The notes beneath the pieces are model-generated. The model made no database searches. It saw nothing but the letters and a program-made list of their open reading frames with translations, and was not told where the DNA came from. The position numbers and the translations under genes are program-made. Below are positions 27,701 through 45,500 of a stretch of DNA of 64,000 nucleotides, piece by piece. Every line of letters starts with the position of its first letter. The stretch's first letter is position 1. Location: positions 243,908,001-243,972,000 of the forward strand of contig NC_067398.1 in NCBI RefSeq assembly GCF_016432865.1. The letters are read 5' to 3'. This DNA comes from Antechinus flavipes. Taxonomy: Eukaryota.

Positions 27701-28899
27701 AAAAAGAAAATCCAAATTTCATCAAAAAAGGGTTGGATGCAACTAAATAACAGTGACCATTTTATTCAATAACTCAATAAATTCCACTAGTTCCCTGTTA
27801 CCTTCAGAATCAAATACAAAATTCTCTGGTATTTAAAGCTCTTCATCACTTGGATCCTGCCTTCCTTTCTAGTTTTTTTGCATTACTCACTTCTACATTA
27901 GCTATACTAGCAGTTCATTGTTCAAAATACTCCCATCTTTTATCTCCAAGTCTTTGGACTGCTTTCCCTCTTCAATTCTACCTTTTCTTTTCCCAGACTT
28001 CCTTCAAAACTGTTCAAATCACACTATTTTTCCTGTAGTTGCATCTGCTTTGGAATCACCTGTAGCTTCAACTGCAGCTAGGAGTCCCAGTGGATAAGCC
28101 TATTGGACTTGGCAAGGCCTCATTTCAAATCACTAGCTATGAAAGAAACCTTTTTTATTTATTTATTTTTTACATTCGCAGCTCTTAGCACAGTGCATGG
28201 CACACAGTAGGCACTTTAGAAATATTTATTGATAATAAATGATTGGCTGAACATTCATTCAACAAATACAACCATAAATGACATACATCTCTATATGTGG
28301 GCTTCTTCCCAGAGTCTCCTTCCCTCGAGTGAAGCTTTCCTTGAAGAGAATCTGAAATTCAAAATTTTTCTCTCTGAAGCTGGAAGACAGAAGTAAAATT
28401 TCTCTTCTTCCACTTCTTGCCAATTCTGTCCCTTATTGTAAGCTCTGAGCATTAAATAATCCATCTCCACCAATTGCACCTATGCACCATAGGAATCTTA
28501 TGCAAATGATTTGAGTTGTTACTTGCATTTATTAAACTAGATGATACAAAAAATTTTAAGATACTCTGTATTCAAAGAGTTTAAAATGAGTTCTTATACC
28601 CTGTATAATAGAGACCATTATCGCCAGTAAGGGTATGAAATTATATGCAAATGCTGAATGACTGAATTAACTGGCGACAAAAGTAGGTAAGTCTCTTCTC
28701 TTCCCCACCCTCTCACCTCCTACAATATAATTTCCACCTGGTCTCGGAAGCTAATACATAAAACATCACTGCTTCATTTGATTTGGAGAGTGGAAGAGAT
28801 GTTAAAAAACTGTGAAATGTATCACAGTTCAGTTCTGCTTAGGGTGTCCCCTCCTCATCCTGACACCCCCAAATTCACTCGACCTCTTGGCACTCCGGG

Positions 28900-30080
28900 G
28901 AGTCTTGAGCACCGTTAAGTCAGGGAGGGGTCAGGAGAGCAGCGGAGCGAAACACGAGGAGTGCAAGAGGGGGAGGGGCGGAGGACGGCACATGCTGCTT
29001 CTCCACCCCTCCTCCCCAGCTATAGGCAGGAGATGGCAAATACTTGCTCCGCGGAGCCGGCCACAGAGCTGCCAGACTCTCGGGTTGATGCTACCCCCTC
29101 GTGGTCGCGCAGGGCATCAAAACCTACCGAATGCTACCTATTTGCTGAGCTAGAAGTTTGCAAACTCCCCCAGGCTGTAACTGGATTTCAGTCCCAGCGT
29201 TAGGAAGAAAGAAGCAAAGGGAGAAAAAGGGCAATGCGCCCGAAAGTACATCTCCCGTATATTCCTAAACACGGCTTGGTTACCCGTCGTTTCTCCAACT
29301 CTTCCTTTACAACTTCCAGTCGGCTTCCTTGCTTTTCTTTCGAGCCGGAAATTCTTTACAGGCTTCAACTTTTTTTTTTTTTTTCCTACAACTCCCAGCG
29401 GGCTTTGCGCAGAGAGCGCGTTTTCTTTTTTCTATCTAAGCCTCTTCCCAGATTGGACGATTGAATTCGGACAGACGGGCCAATCGGCTTGCAAGGAGTG
29501 GGCGTGGCCCTCGTTCCCCGCCTTTCTTCCTTCCCCCGCGGTTGCCCCGGTGGCTGTTTGTCTCGGTTCCGGCTTCTGCGCTTTGGCTGCCTCGGGGAGC
29601 TACGATGGTGTCTCTCGCCGGCTGGGGGAGCCCGGGGATGGCACGGCTCGCGCTTTGCCTGGCGGGGCTCGCGCTCTCAGCTTACGCACTGCACGTGAAG
29701 GCGGAGCGCGCCCGGAGTCGGGAGTACCGCGCCTATTGCGACCTGGGCGAATCCATCAGCTGCTCCCGCGTGTTTTCTTCCCCGTGAGCGCGCGGGGCTG
29801 CATCGGGGAGTGGGGTGCATGAAGCATAGATAGGGTTGCTGGTGGCTTGGGGTGAATAGGAGGAGTCGTGTGAGTGCAGAGCGCGGGCCGGACGACCTTA
29901 GCTGTCCGGGAACGTTTTGGGGCTCGAAGGAGCAGCTTTCGGCTCCTGAGGGCCCCCCGCCCGGGACTGTGCCTCATGGCGGGACGAAGGGTGATTGCTG
30001 TACCTGAAGGGAACTTAAAAGCACGGGGGCTTGCATTCCTGGGACTAAGGCTGTGGCCATTGTTGAAAGCGTGACGTGGC
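28900..30080. promoter_or_regulatory. VKORC1: CpG-island promoter and exon 1 region of VKORC1
   Basis: CpG-dense; CCAAT boxes at 29452-29456 (reverse) and 29480-29484; GC/KLF box GGGCGTGGC at 29500-29508. Confidence 0.85.
29091..29108 (-). promoter_or_regulatory. CTCF-like motif, reverse orientation
   Basis: Minus strand reads GCGACCACGAGGGGGTAG versus consensus CCASYAGRKGGCRS. Confidence 0.5.
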
Positions 30081-31494
30081 TTTACTTCCCATCAGAGGTC
30101 ATTGACCTAACGACTGGACCCCTTAGGAGGGAAAAGCTCAAGGCCTTGACCTTTGTTCGAACCTGGGGAATTAGGAGGGGGGCCTGGGCTGGGAAGAGTA
30201 TAGGGTATCCTGAGAACTATGAATAAAAGGGAGCCCCAGCCTGAGGGGCTTTCTTCCTTTGCTTGACCCAAAAATCCATTCAAGCAGTTTTTGTGCCTTC
30301 TGCATGTGGCATTTTTGGCGGGGTTCAGAATGTAATCCCTACCCAAGATTGATCCCTTTGGATCTTGGAGGAAGGAAGAAAACACATTCTTTAGTATGGC
30401 TGATACTGTGCTAATTGCATTACAAACATTAGAATTTCTCCGTGGTAGATTGGTGAGGAAATGAAGCAACCAAATCCCTTGACCAGGATCACACAATTAG
30501 GAAGTATGTGAGACAAGATTTAAACTTATAGCTTCCTTCCTCCAGACCTAGCATTCTATTTGTTGCTAGAAGTTTAGACTTTTGGGGAAAGTTCTATATG
30601 CATTCCCAAATTGCCCAATCTAACTCCTTCCACAGAACTGGGATGAGCCTGCGACCAGATGCCACTTAGTCAGCCTGAGTCTCCTTGACTCCTCCCCCCT
30701 CCCTTTCTCTATCCTTTAGATGGAGTAAGGGCTTTGGGCTGGTGGAACCCTTCCTGGGTCCTGAAAGCATCCTGAACCAGTCCAACAGTATCTTCGGCCT
30801 TATCTTCTATAGCCAGCAGCTCCTTCTGGGTGAGTGGGAAGTCCCTTTGCCCCATAGACTCACTTCCTCACAGTGCCCACCCCTTCTCCACAGTCCCTGC
30901 CTCTTCCCCCTGAGGCCCCACCCATGGTTTCCTAGAATCCTTACGTTTCTTATGACCCCACCTCACCTTCCGCTTTCCCATCTGGCTAACGAGATGAACC
31001 AAGTGACCCTTATTGACATATGATCATCCCCACCTCCTCCCCAGCTACTGGTAAGGGAAGATAAAGACTTTCCCCCTGTCCTTGAGATCTGAAAATTCAT
31101 GAACAGAAGCAGGAAAATTGTTGATGTAGATGTTTACTAGTAATCAGTATAGATTGGTAACATGCCTTGCTGGAAGATGATTAAAAGAGGTAGTCAGAAT
31201 GGTACTGCTGCAATCTAGCAAGACTTCCTGGAGAAAAATGCTGATTTTTCCTACCAATGTCTTCTTCCCCCAGGCTGCTACAGTGCTCCATGGGCTTCTT
31301 CTGTCTTGATGTTGAGCTCCGTGCTTTCTCTTTTGGGTTCACTTTACTTAGCCTGGATCTTGCTTTTTGTGTTGTATGACTTCTGCCTGGTTTGTGTCAC
31401 CACCTATGCCATCAATTTGGGTCTAACAATACTCAACTACCGGAGGGCAAAGGGGCCCTTGAGACTACAGGACCGAAATAAAAAGCATCACTGA
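29605..31494 (+). CDS. VKORC1: Vitamin K epoxide reductase complex subunit 1, 169 aa. Exons 29605-29783, 30720-30829, 31274-31494
   Basis: Exons of 179+110+221 nt with GT-AG introns in phase; loop cysteines ([10 protein letters not shown]), active-site CLVC and the TYA motif are intact; ends KKHH*. Confidence 0.97.
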
Positions 31495-31862
31495 CTTCGA
31501 TGACCCTACTAAGGACTGCCAAACTGCTAAGTGAACTCTGGGAGCACACCTCATCAGTTCTTGGAGTTTGGGTGAAGACTGAAGGATGATGGCAAGGATC
31601 CATGCTCACAGTCTGTGTTTTTCTGTCCTTGACTTCTTAAATCTCTTCCATATCCCTTCTTGCCTCTTATGTACAGACTGTTCCTGTATCCTCCTCTCCC
31701 ATGGAATCCTCCAGGAAATCTAAGCAGGTCCCTACTTCCAGGACCAGTTGTCTCTGGAGTCACCTGCTGATTCCACCCTTTTCCCCTACACTACCAGTTT
31801 TAGGAAAAGTTGGGATAAAAATTGCTCATCTATTATGGGTGGGAGCATAATCAATGCTATTC

Positions 31863-31868
31863 AATAAA
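31863..31868 (+). terminator. VKORC1: VKORC1 poly(A) signal AATAAA
   Basis: Canonical hexamer ~370 nt after the stop, followed by a GT/T-rich sequence. Confidence 0.7.
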
Positions 31869-32518
31869 AAAAATGAGAAAGACATTAGGCATGTGGACTC
31901 TTTTTCTGTCTTGGACCAAGATTAGCCCCACTTCCTTCTCAATAGCAAAGCAGTCTCCACCTTAGGCTGCCTGGGGGCTGGTGAGGATGTGAGTCAGCAT
32001 TGGGACTTTGTTTAGTCCTGTTCCCCACTTTGCAGAGTCATTTAGGCTCCTGGCAGTCTGCTTCAAGCTTGGGGAGTAAAACCCTCCCCCCTCCCCCAGG
32101 TCCTTACCCCATTTCCCTTATGGACTAGGGAGATTTCTTGTCCTGCCTTGGTGAAGAAGAGATCCTCTACCCCAAACAGGAAAGGGAATTGGGAATTGGG
32201 AATATATTCCATCCCTTTGTCCCTACCAAATAGCTCTGTAAACCATAGAAAGGATGGTCCCAGCTATTTGGTGGGAAATATCATTTTTACTATGAATTTG
32301 AATTAACAACTTAATTTTGCTGTTTTATTCCTTGATCCTCCATCAAATTGTCTGATTAAGACTGGGAAGAGGCATGGATTCAGAAAGAAATTATAGCATT
32401 TGAACTGAGGTTCCGATGTGGGGTGGGAATCCCAGTTGAGATTTTGGTAGAAGCACTAGAACTGGGAGAATGGATGAGGTCCTTAATGTTCTGGATGCTT
32501 TCATTGGTTGCCCTAGGA

Positions 32519-32549
<31 letters not shown>

Positions 32550-33474
32550 CAGTTGGGGCCAATAGATTTTGCCAGGCTAGATTTGGAAATGTGGGGAAAA
32601 CTACTGGGGCATTGGTTAACTGGACTATGAAGAACAAAGGAGACCAAAAGAAACAAAACGGAAAAAGAGAAATAGGTTTGAAGAGAGAAAATAAAAAAGG
32701 AAAAAAGCTAGAAGACATGCAAATCAGATCAAGGATTAGGGTATTGGGCCAGTCTTTAGCAGAATGGGAAGGGAAGAGAATAAGCATTTATTAAACACCT
32801 ACTATGAGGTAGGGATGTAATTACCTTAATTGACCCTCAACTTTTAGAGAAACTGAGGCAGATGGATTAAAGTGACTTATCCAGACATATTGTCTGAGGC
32901 TGGATTTGAACTTTAGGTATTCCTGATTCCACATTTACCATCTCAGCTAGTGCACCGCCTAGTTGTGTTGAAGGGTCTGAGCTTTATCCCTTGTAAACAA
33001 AATCTAATCCAAAAACCAGAAAGAGGCAGAGGAAGTATTGAAGCCAGCCTGGTGAGGAGGGAATATTGTTGGGTATGAATGTTGAATTAAGATATTGTAG
33101 AGAAGAGGCAGTGGAGAATACGGCCATTTGATCTGCAAGTAGTTAAAAATTTTAATTGTCCTCTTTTTCCTCCAGAACCACACCAAAAGGGGATGGAGAT
33201 CTTCCTGATGTTAGGGTATCAGGCTAAAATAATGAGAAGAGCCATCCCAACAATATTCTGGGAGTGAGGTTCTCTGAGAAGGAAATGTTTGCTTCTTAAT
33301 TAACAACCCCCAGGGTCAAGTTAGTTTGTCCTAACCTGGGATTATGTCAGGGTGGAGGAATTCATTTGGTGAGTGAAGCAGAATGGGGGTGGGACTTTGG
33401 AGGTGGGGCTCCCCAAGAAAAAGGAGACTTGGTGGCCTCTCTGAAGGTAGCACCAGAGCAGAGCTGGGAATAGC

Positions 33475-38456
<4,982 letters not shown>

Positions 38457-39007
38457 CTGAGCTTCAATAAGATGTCAACATCATGCAGGGACAGTCCAGA
38501 GGTAACTCTCAATTCATTTTTCACCACATGACCCCTGTTCTCTTTCCCCACACTGTTTTTTCCTCATTACAGGGATGAAAGGACTTGACACGTAATGACC
38601 TTTGAGAGATCAGGCCATTTGCTCCCTCTTCACAAGGACAGGCCTTTTGGAAAGACCATCATCTTGTAAGCCTGGCTCCATAAGAATACAAGAACCCAGT
38701 CGGACTTGGGAAGAAATATGAGCACTGCAGAGGCAGGAAGAGGCTGAAGACAGAACCATTAAGACACTCCCCTCCTTTACCTCCCAAGTTATTGCTGGCA
38801 GAACAGGGAGATTTCAGCAGAATCTTCCCTAAATCTCATTACTGCATCCCTCCCCACCCAACCCATGCATGTCCCACCACACAAAGCCCCAGAATAGATT
38901 TTCTTTCTTCTCCAAATGCCAGATAACACAATACATACTTAAAAGCCAACTTTTTTTCTTAAAATTTCCTTTTTTTTTGGAGCAAATTTCCCCTTTTTTA
39001 AAACTTA

Positions 39008-39013
39008 AATAAA
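39008..39013 (+). terminator. PRSS53: Candidate PRSS53 poly(A) signal AATAAA
   Basis: First canonical hexamer I found downstream of the PRSS53 stop. Confidence 0.5.
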
Positions 39014-39566
39014 ACCTTACAAAATAGACTTTAGAAAATAAGTTACAAATTGTAGCAAAAGGCTTTTCCCCAAGGGAGAAATCTCATTCCCTTCTCCCTC
39101 AATGGGAGTCTAGATATCTCCTTTGAACCTATGCTTTTCCTCCCCTTCATTCTTAAGACTCCAAGGTTCCTTTGTCCTATATATCCCTCTTTTTATGACC
39201 CACACAGTAGATCTAGGGTCCTTGATGCTAAGGAAGAGGGGGGGGAAAAGAACTTAGTACAGCTCTAATCCTTTCCTAAAAACTGGATAGCCAGCATCCT
39301 GGAAAATTAGCCCCATATAGCAAAAAAATGGGAGCCAGAGAGAAATGGCAAAAGGGCAGAAACATTTTCTCCAGGGTGGGATTTCCCCCCTTCCTAGATC
39401 TTTCATTAGCAGGAAGGGGAAGAAAGCATCTCTAACTGTGTTCTATCCTGCCCCTCTCCTGAGAACTTCCCAAGAGCATGACAGGAGAGATCCGGATATC
39501 CAAACTCTCCTGAGTTATAAAAGCAGAAATAAGAACCCCGATGTCCCAGTCTTTGGGAGAAACAGT

Positions 39567-42500
39567 TCAAAGGGAGAAGCCGAGGTCTGGAGGCCACTGG
39601 AGTGAAGGGTCTAGGACCAGAGTCATGGGGGTGGATGGAGAGGAGATGTGAGATCCCCACCTCCTTCTGTAGGTGAATCTCCTGAGGAAAGAGAGAAAAA
39701 GACAAATGGTCACAAGCTGATTGTATATACTTAACACAGCTAAATAGAACTTTAAATCCTCTAGTGTCTCAAGTTTGGCCAACTGTTAGCTGTTCTATTG
39801 TTTTGTGAACCTAGAAGCCTGACTTTCTCTTCTTTTCTAAGACCAGATATCAAATTCTTCCAGTTTTCTTAGGGTGACAAATGGCTTTTGCCCCTGAAAA
39901 GATCCTCTTTCTGAATGGATATTTTCTGTCACTTTTCCTTTTAGGAATCTTTTTTCCTCCAACTTCCTAAGAGTTATTCTAGTTTGAAGGGTCAGTTTGC
40001 CAGAGGGCAAACTGGGATACAAACAGGGGATAAGTCTGAGGTGGCTCAGTTGATATGTAGGAAGGAGGACATTTGGAGATATGACATGAATGAGTTTCAT
40101 CAAAGCAAAAGAAAGTGACATTTTACAGGATAATAAAAGAACTACATCTTTTGAGAATAAAAGCAGCAGGCTAGAACAACAAATTCTCTAACCCTACCTC
40201 AGTTTCCTTTCTGTTATTAAGAGAAGGCTCATTCTAGAGCCACAGTATGTAAACTCCATTCCTGCTTCAGTTTTCTCTAGCAAATGGAAGAGGCTCATCT
40301 TATAAACCAGTGTGGGTGGAGGTATTTTATACTTTGATCCCCTCTGATAAAACATGCAAAATGGGGGCTAATTATTGTTATTGCTTCAGCCAGGGCCAGC
40401 TTCAAAGAAACAATTAACTGTGACTCAGCTCTGGAGTAAGAAGCTTGGGATTTAGAAGGGGAAGAATGACTGGGACCTGGAAAGAATTGAGAAATGGGAG
40501 AAAAACCAAAGAGAACCTTTTAAGAGATTTTTCTTTAAAAGAAAAAGGATGTCTATATTTTAGCAGAACTACAGGTTCTAAGGGAATGGAATAAGTAATA
40601 AACTACCAAGGTGATATGGGAATTGAGGGCCAAAAATATGGCAAAATAGCCATGGACTGTAAAGCAGGGTGTTTAAAATGGTGCAGAAAGTTAGGAGGCT
40701 AGGCTCTAGGAGGGAAGGCATAGCCATCAGAAGAGAAAAAATACAATATAAGTGCACCAGATCAATCAGCGAGAAACCATGCTTTCTGAACAGTGGGGAA
40801 TAGATGCCCCTTCAATCCCTTTTTTTGCTGCCTGCTCTTTGGAATTTTCAAAGAAAAGTACATGAATTGATTTAGTCTGTTTCTTTGCTGAGTAGAAAGA
40901 GATTCCAGATTTGATTAACTAAAGGGTGTGTACAGAGCTGACTCCCCCTGCCCCCTGCCAAACAATTAATTTCCAACAGGAAAGAAACAGGTTAATTCCA
41001 GCTGGGTCCTTATAGCCACTCTTACCCTTTTTTCTGAAGAAGAGATTTTCTGCTTTTCATCACCCTGTTTCTCTACCTACCCTGCCCCAGGCTTTCTACC
41101 AAAAGACGTATCATATTGCTTTCTACAAGTAAGGCATCTACCCATTAACCTACCAGAACCCAGATAATTGGGCCTCTAGATTGAATTCCTTTGTAGCTCC
41201 AGAATGTAAGAATTTCATAGGTCCTCTTGTTTATGCCCAAGCAAATAAAACTTCTGAATACCACTCATAATCTAAGTGTTTCTCTCCCTTGGTCTTTGTT
41301 CTCTCCCCACTTTAGCATTTAGATTTTCAAAATTCCGTCTCATCTTGCCCTCCTAAGACTCTTTAACTCAAGAGACTATCTCCTCCTCTCCCTCCCCACC
41401 CCCAACTCATGTTCTCATACCAGTGCCAGTCATTGTCCACTCCTCATGTTGCTGCTGGTGCTGCAAGAAGCTGATTTGGCGGCGGAAGCGGCGAGGGCAA
41501 TGCGAGCAAGAGAAGGGTCCCTCCCGAGGTGCGTGGACTCTCCTGTGGCCTTCTAGTCGGGCTGCTGTCCGAAAGGCTTTGCCACAAACACCACAACGAT
41601 GGCGCTTTGGATCTGTGTGTGTCCTTCCATGATTCTTGAGGGCCAATAGGTTAGGCAGTAGTTTGGGGCAGAGGGAGCAAGGATAAAGACCTGTAGCATG
41701 AGCTTTTTGGTGGTTCAACAGGCTGCCAGCATGGCGATAAGAACGCCCACACTGGGTGCAACAGAAGGGACGTTCTTCTTCTATGGCTTGTTTTAGCTCC
41801 TCTTCTTTTGCTTCCTTCACAGCTATCTCAGACCCTGATATTTCTTTGGTGGCTCTATGAGTCTCCCCTTGCCCTGACATATACTTATCTTCCATATCCC
41901 TTTTAGTCTCAATCTCTTGCCCATCAGCTTCCTCTGCCTGAGGTGGGGCCTGTCCTTGACCCATGGCATGGGTTCGCTGATGGCTGGTCAGTTCACGGGA
42001 GGCACGGAAAGCTTTTCCACAGTGAGGGCACTTGAAGCGACGAGTTGCTGTGTGAATACGACCATGGTTTTTGGCCGCCATGGGATTTGAAAATTCCTTA
42101 GAGCAGAGTTGACAGTAGTATCGGCCTGTTTTGTGGGTATTGCGGTGGTTTAGAAGGCTGCCTGCATGACGGTAGGTCTTGCCACATTGTGCACAGCAAA
42201 AAGGGCGGAGTTCTAACTGAGACTGAGAACTGCTATCTTGATCCTGGGTCTGCCCACTATCCCAACCTTCTAAGCTACTTGAATCCGGGTCATTAGGTTG
42301 ATTATCTTCCTGTCTGCATGGACTCCCAAATCCACAGTCACTGGAAGTAGCATGTTTTTGGCTACCTGGCTTACTCACTGGTGTCTCATTAATATACCAC
42401 CCATCTGTTTTCCCAGTGATCCAAGAGGATGACTCTCCCTTGCCTTCCTGACCACTTGATAACCCACTGGGGCCCTGAACTAATTCTTCTGTGCCCTTGG

Positions 42501-45500
42501 TTTGGTTATCAACCTGAGCTCCAACTTCATACTCATGTGATCTTCCTTCTAGTTCACTGATATCTGTTTGACTCTCATCTTTGATAGTTGTTTGGCTGGG
42601 TACTTTAATTATATTTAGCTCCTTCTTACTCGACGCTTCATGCTCCCGTAAATGCCTCTCCAGAGATGCCCGTCTAGGGAAACTTCGGCTACAAAGAGCA
42701 CAGCGAACAGCTACCCGAGGCCCACACCCACGCCTTGCCCTGCCTGTCCGTCGTCTCCGACTTTCTGAGTGTAGGCGCTGGTGGTTCTTTAGTGCCATAC
42801 GGTTTGAATATGTTTTAGGGCAGGTTGGACAACTGTATTGTCCTATCTCGTGGCTCCTCCGATGGTTTAGGAGGCTTCCTGCATGCCGGTAAGTCCTTCC
42901 ACATTGCCCACAGCGGAAAGGTCGTTCATCTCGTGGTAGTGAGGATGATTTGGGCAGCAGCTTTCGAATTCCTGAATTGCCATTTCGTTGCTCCCCATGG
43001 ACACGCTGATGGTTAGCCAGCTGTTTCCGCAAACGAAAAGCTTTACCACATTCTCCACAATGAAACCGACGGGGTTCAGCATGAATACGTCGATGGTTTT
43101 TGAGAGCCATGAGATTAGAGAAACCCTTGGAGCACGCCTGGCAGCCAAAGTGTCCTGTTTGATGGCTTTGTCGATGGTTGATGAGGCTACCAGCATGTTT
43201 ATACGTCCGACCACACAATTCACAGCCAAAGGGACGATCCATACTGGCTTCTTCTGAATTCCCCTCTTCTATGCCACTGTCTTTTAGTGGCACTTCCTCC
43301 TGCTTTATAGTGGTTTCTTCTGGCTCTTTCTTAATGGTTATTTCTTCTACTGCGTTCTCTTTAAGCTCTTGTGGTTCCTCTGATGGCATCTGTAACAGTC
43401 CTATCTCTGCTGCCTTTTGTGTTTCCTTGCTTTCTACCACAGGGTTGAATCCTAACTGGGGTTCTGCCCCTTTGCAACGGGGATGATTACGCAAATGATT
43501 TCGGTAGGCAGCCAGATTGGGATATCTTCGGGCACAGATAGGACAGGCAAAATCTCCTGTTTGATGTGTCTTTCTGTGGTTTACCAGGCTCCCACCATGG
43601 CGATAGGTCTTACCACACTGGTTACATTGAAAGGGACGAGGCTGGGCAGAAGAAAAGGCTTCAGGAGCAGCTTCTACACTGGTGCCTTCTATCTCTAGTA
43701 CAGAAGTCGCATCCACAGTCCCTACAGCTTCCATACTGTCTCTGGACATAGAGTCAAAACACTCCCCAGAATTAGTACCTGTGTCATCTTGAGAGACAGG
43801 GTCCACAGTACTTTCAGAACTATCACCCACAGTTGTTTCTAAGATCTCATTCTTCACTCTGATGTCTGCAGAAGTCTCATCAATTCTATCTACAGAAATA
43901 TTCCCTAGACTTTGATGGTGGCGCTCCAAACTTCCTAGGTCATCATACGTCTGGCCACAGCAGGCACAGATGTGCCCATAGCCAGCTCCATCCAGTCCCT
44001 CTACTTCCCGCTGCAATTGATTTAGTAGCTCTGCTTCTGAGAGTTGCAAGGGAGTGGAGCTAGAGGCCAATTCCTCTTCCTCTTCATCTTCTGAAGAACC
44101 TTGGCTTTCACCCGGGGAATCATGGGCTTGACTTCTATGCTGTCTATAATCTGCCCGCCCAGGGAAGATCATGCCACAAAGGCAACAAAGAAAAGGCTGC
44201 CCTGATGTGGCCTCTCCTGGTCCATGGTTCTGAAAATGGCTGCGTAGAGCAGGGAGTGAGTCAAATTCCTTAGGGCAGAGTGAACACTGATAGATGCCTG
44301 GCAGGTGGCAAGGTCGATGGTTCAGTAAGCCAGCTGTATGGTGGAAAGATCGCCCACAGTCATGACAGGTGTGGTGGCCAGAGGTCCGCCAACCATTGAG
44401 AGCCTCAGGGCCATGGGAAATGGCATCACACACACTCTCCTGTTTATGTTCCCCTTCTATCAAAGCTGGAATGTCCCCACTGCCTCCCTTACTGCTTGTT
44501 GTTACTAAGTTCCCAAAGAAACAGGACTCCTTCCCTTCCAGTCCCTCTTCATTGGTTTTGCCATCTTCATTACTCTGGAAGCAGGCCTCATTTCTTTCTT
44601 GCTTACATTTGTCATGCTGAATAGCCCCCTGAAAACAGTTCTCATTGTTTTCCAACTTGCCATTGGCCATAGTAATTCCATTCACTTTTACATCTTTATG
44701 AAAGTCATTTTTCTCTTTTTCTTCTTTCACAATCAAATCCTTTTCCTGGTAGTCCTCTGGTGAGGATTCACTTCTATCTGTTACTATCACTCCACTGCTG
44801 CTTCCATCAGTGATTTCACCACTCTGCTGCTGATGCCTCTTGCTCCGCCTCCGACTATGACGTCGTAAGTGGCTCTTCATGGCTGCCACAGTATGAAAGT
44901 GCTTGGCACATGTCCCACAACCAAAGTCACCTGTCTGGTGGGTCTGTCTGTGGTTGATGAGACTTCCTGAATGTCGATAAGTTTTTCCACAATCTCTACA
45001 GGAATAGGCCCTTGGAGGTGACTCCACTGACTCAGTTTTATTACCCTCCCCTTCATGATGGGTTTGGCCATGTTGTTTTAAGCTTTGCACATCATCAAAA
45101 AGCATCCCACAAAGACCACATATTTGTGCTACTGTCATATCTACTTCTGGATGGCTATCCGTTGTCCCTTCTTCACTAGGATCTTCTTCCCCTTGGGTTG
45201 TCTGTTGTACCTTCTCCTCTCCTGGGTACTCCTCCTCTTGACTAGGGGTAGAATCTTCCCTTTCTAGGCCAAGTGTGATATCTTCCCCATCATGACTCAA
45301 TGGTTCCTCTCTCCCTTGACTCCCATTGCGTCGTGCTGCCTTAAAATGCACCCTCACATGATTGCGGAGGGCCATGAGATTTGGATACTGGCGAGGGCAA
45401 AGGGAACACTGATATTCACCAGTCTGATGGCTGTGTCGGTGGTTTACCAAGCTTCCCCGGTGACGGTAAGCCCGTCCACATTCATTGCATTTATAAGGGC

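Noticed and set aside
28808-28868. Two adjacent small hairpins (8-bp and 7-bp stems) upstream of VKORC1
   Set aside because: Too short to exceed chance; no H/ACA, C/D, tRNA or Pol III features.
29461-29604. In-frame N-terminal extension of VKORC1 from a TTG
   Set aside because: It starts upstream of the CCAAT and GC boxes, so it is probably not transcribed. The ATG at 29605 matches the orthologous start.
32423-32794. ORF with a signal-peptide-like stretch (MRSLMFWMLSLVALGSGS)
   Set aside because: It runs through a poly-T tract and degenerate repeat-like sequence, with no splice or promoter support.
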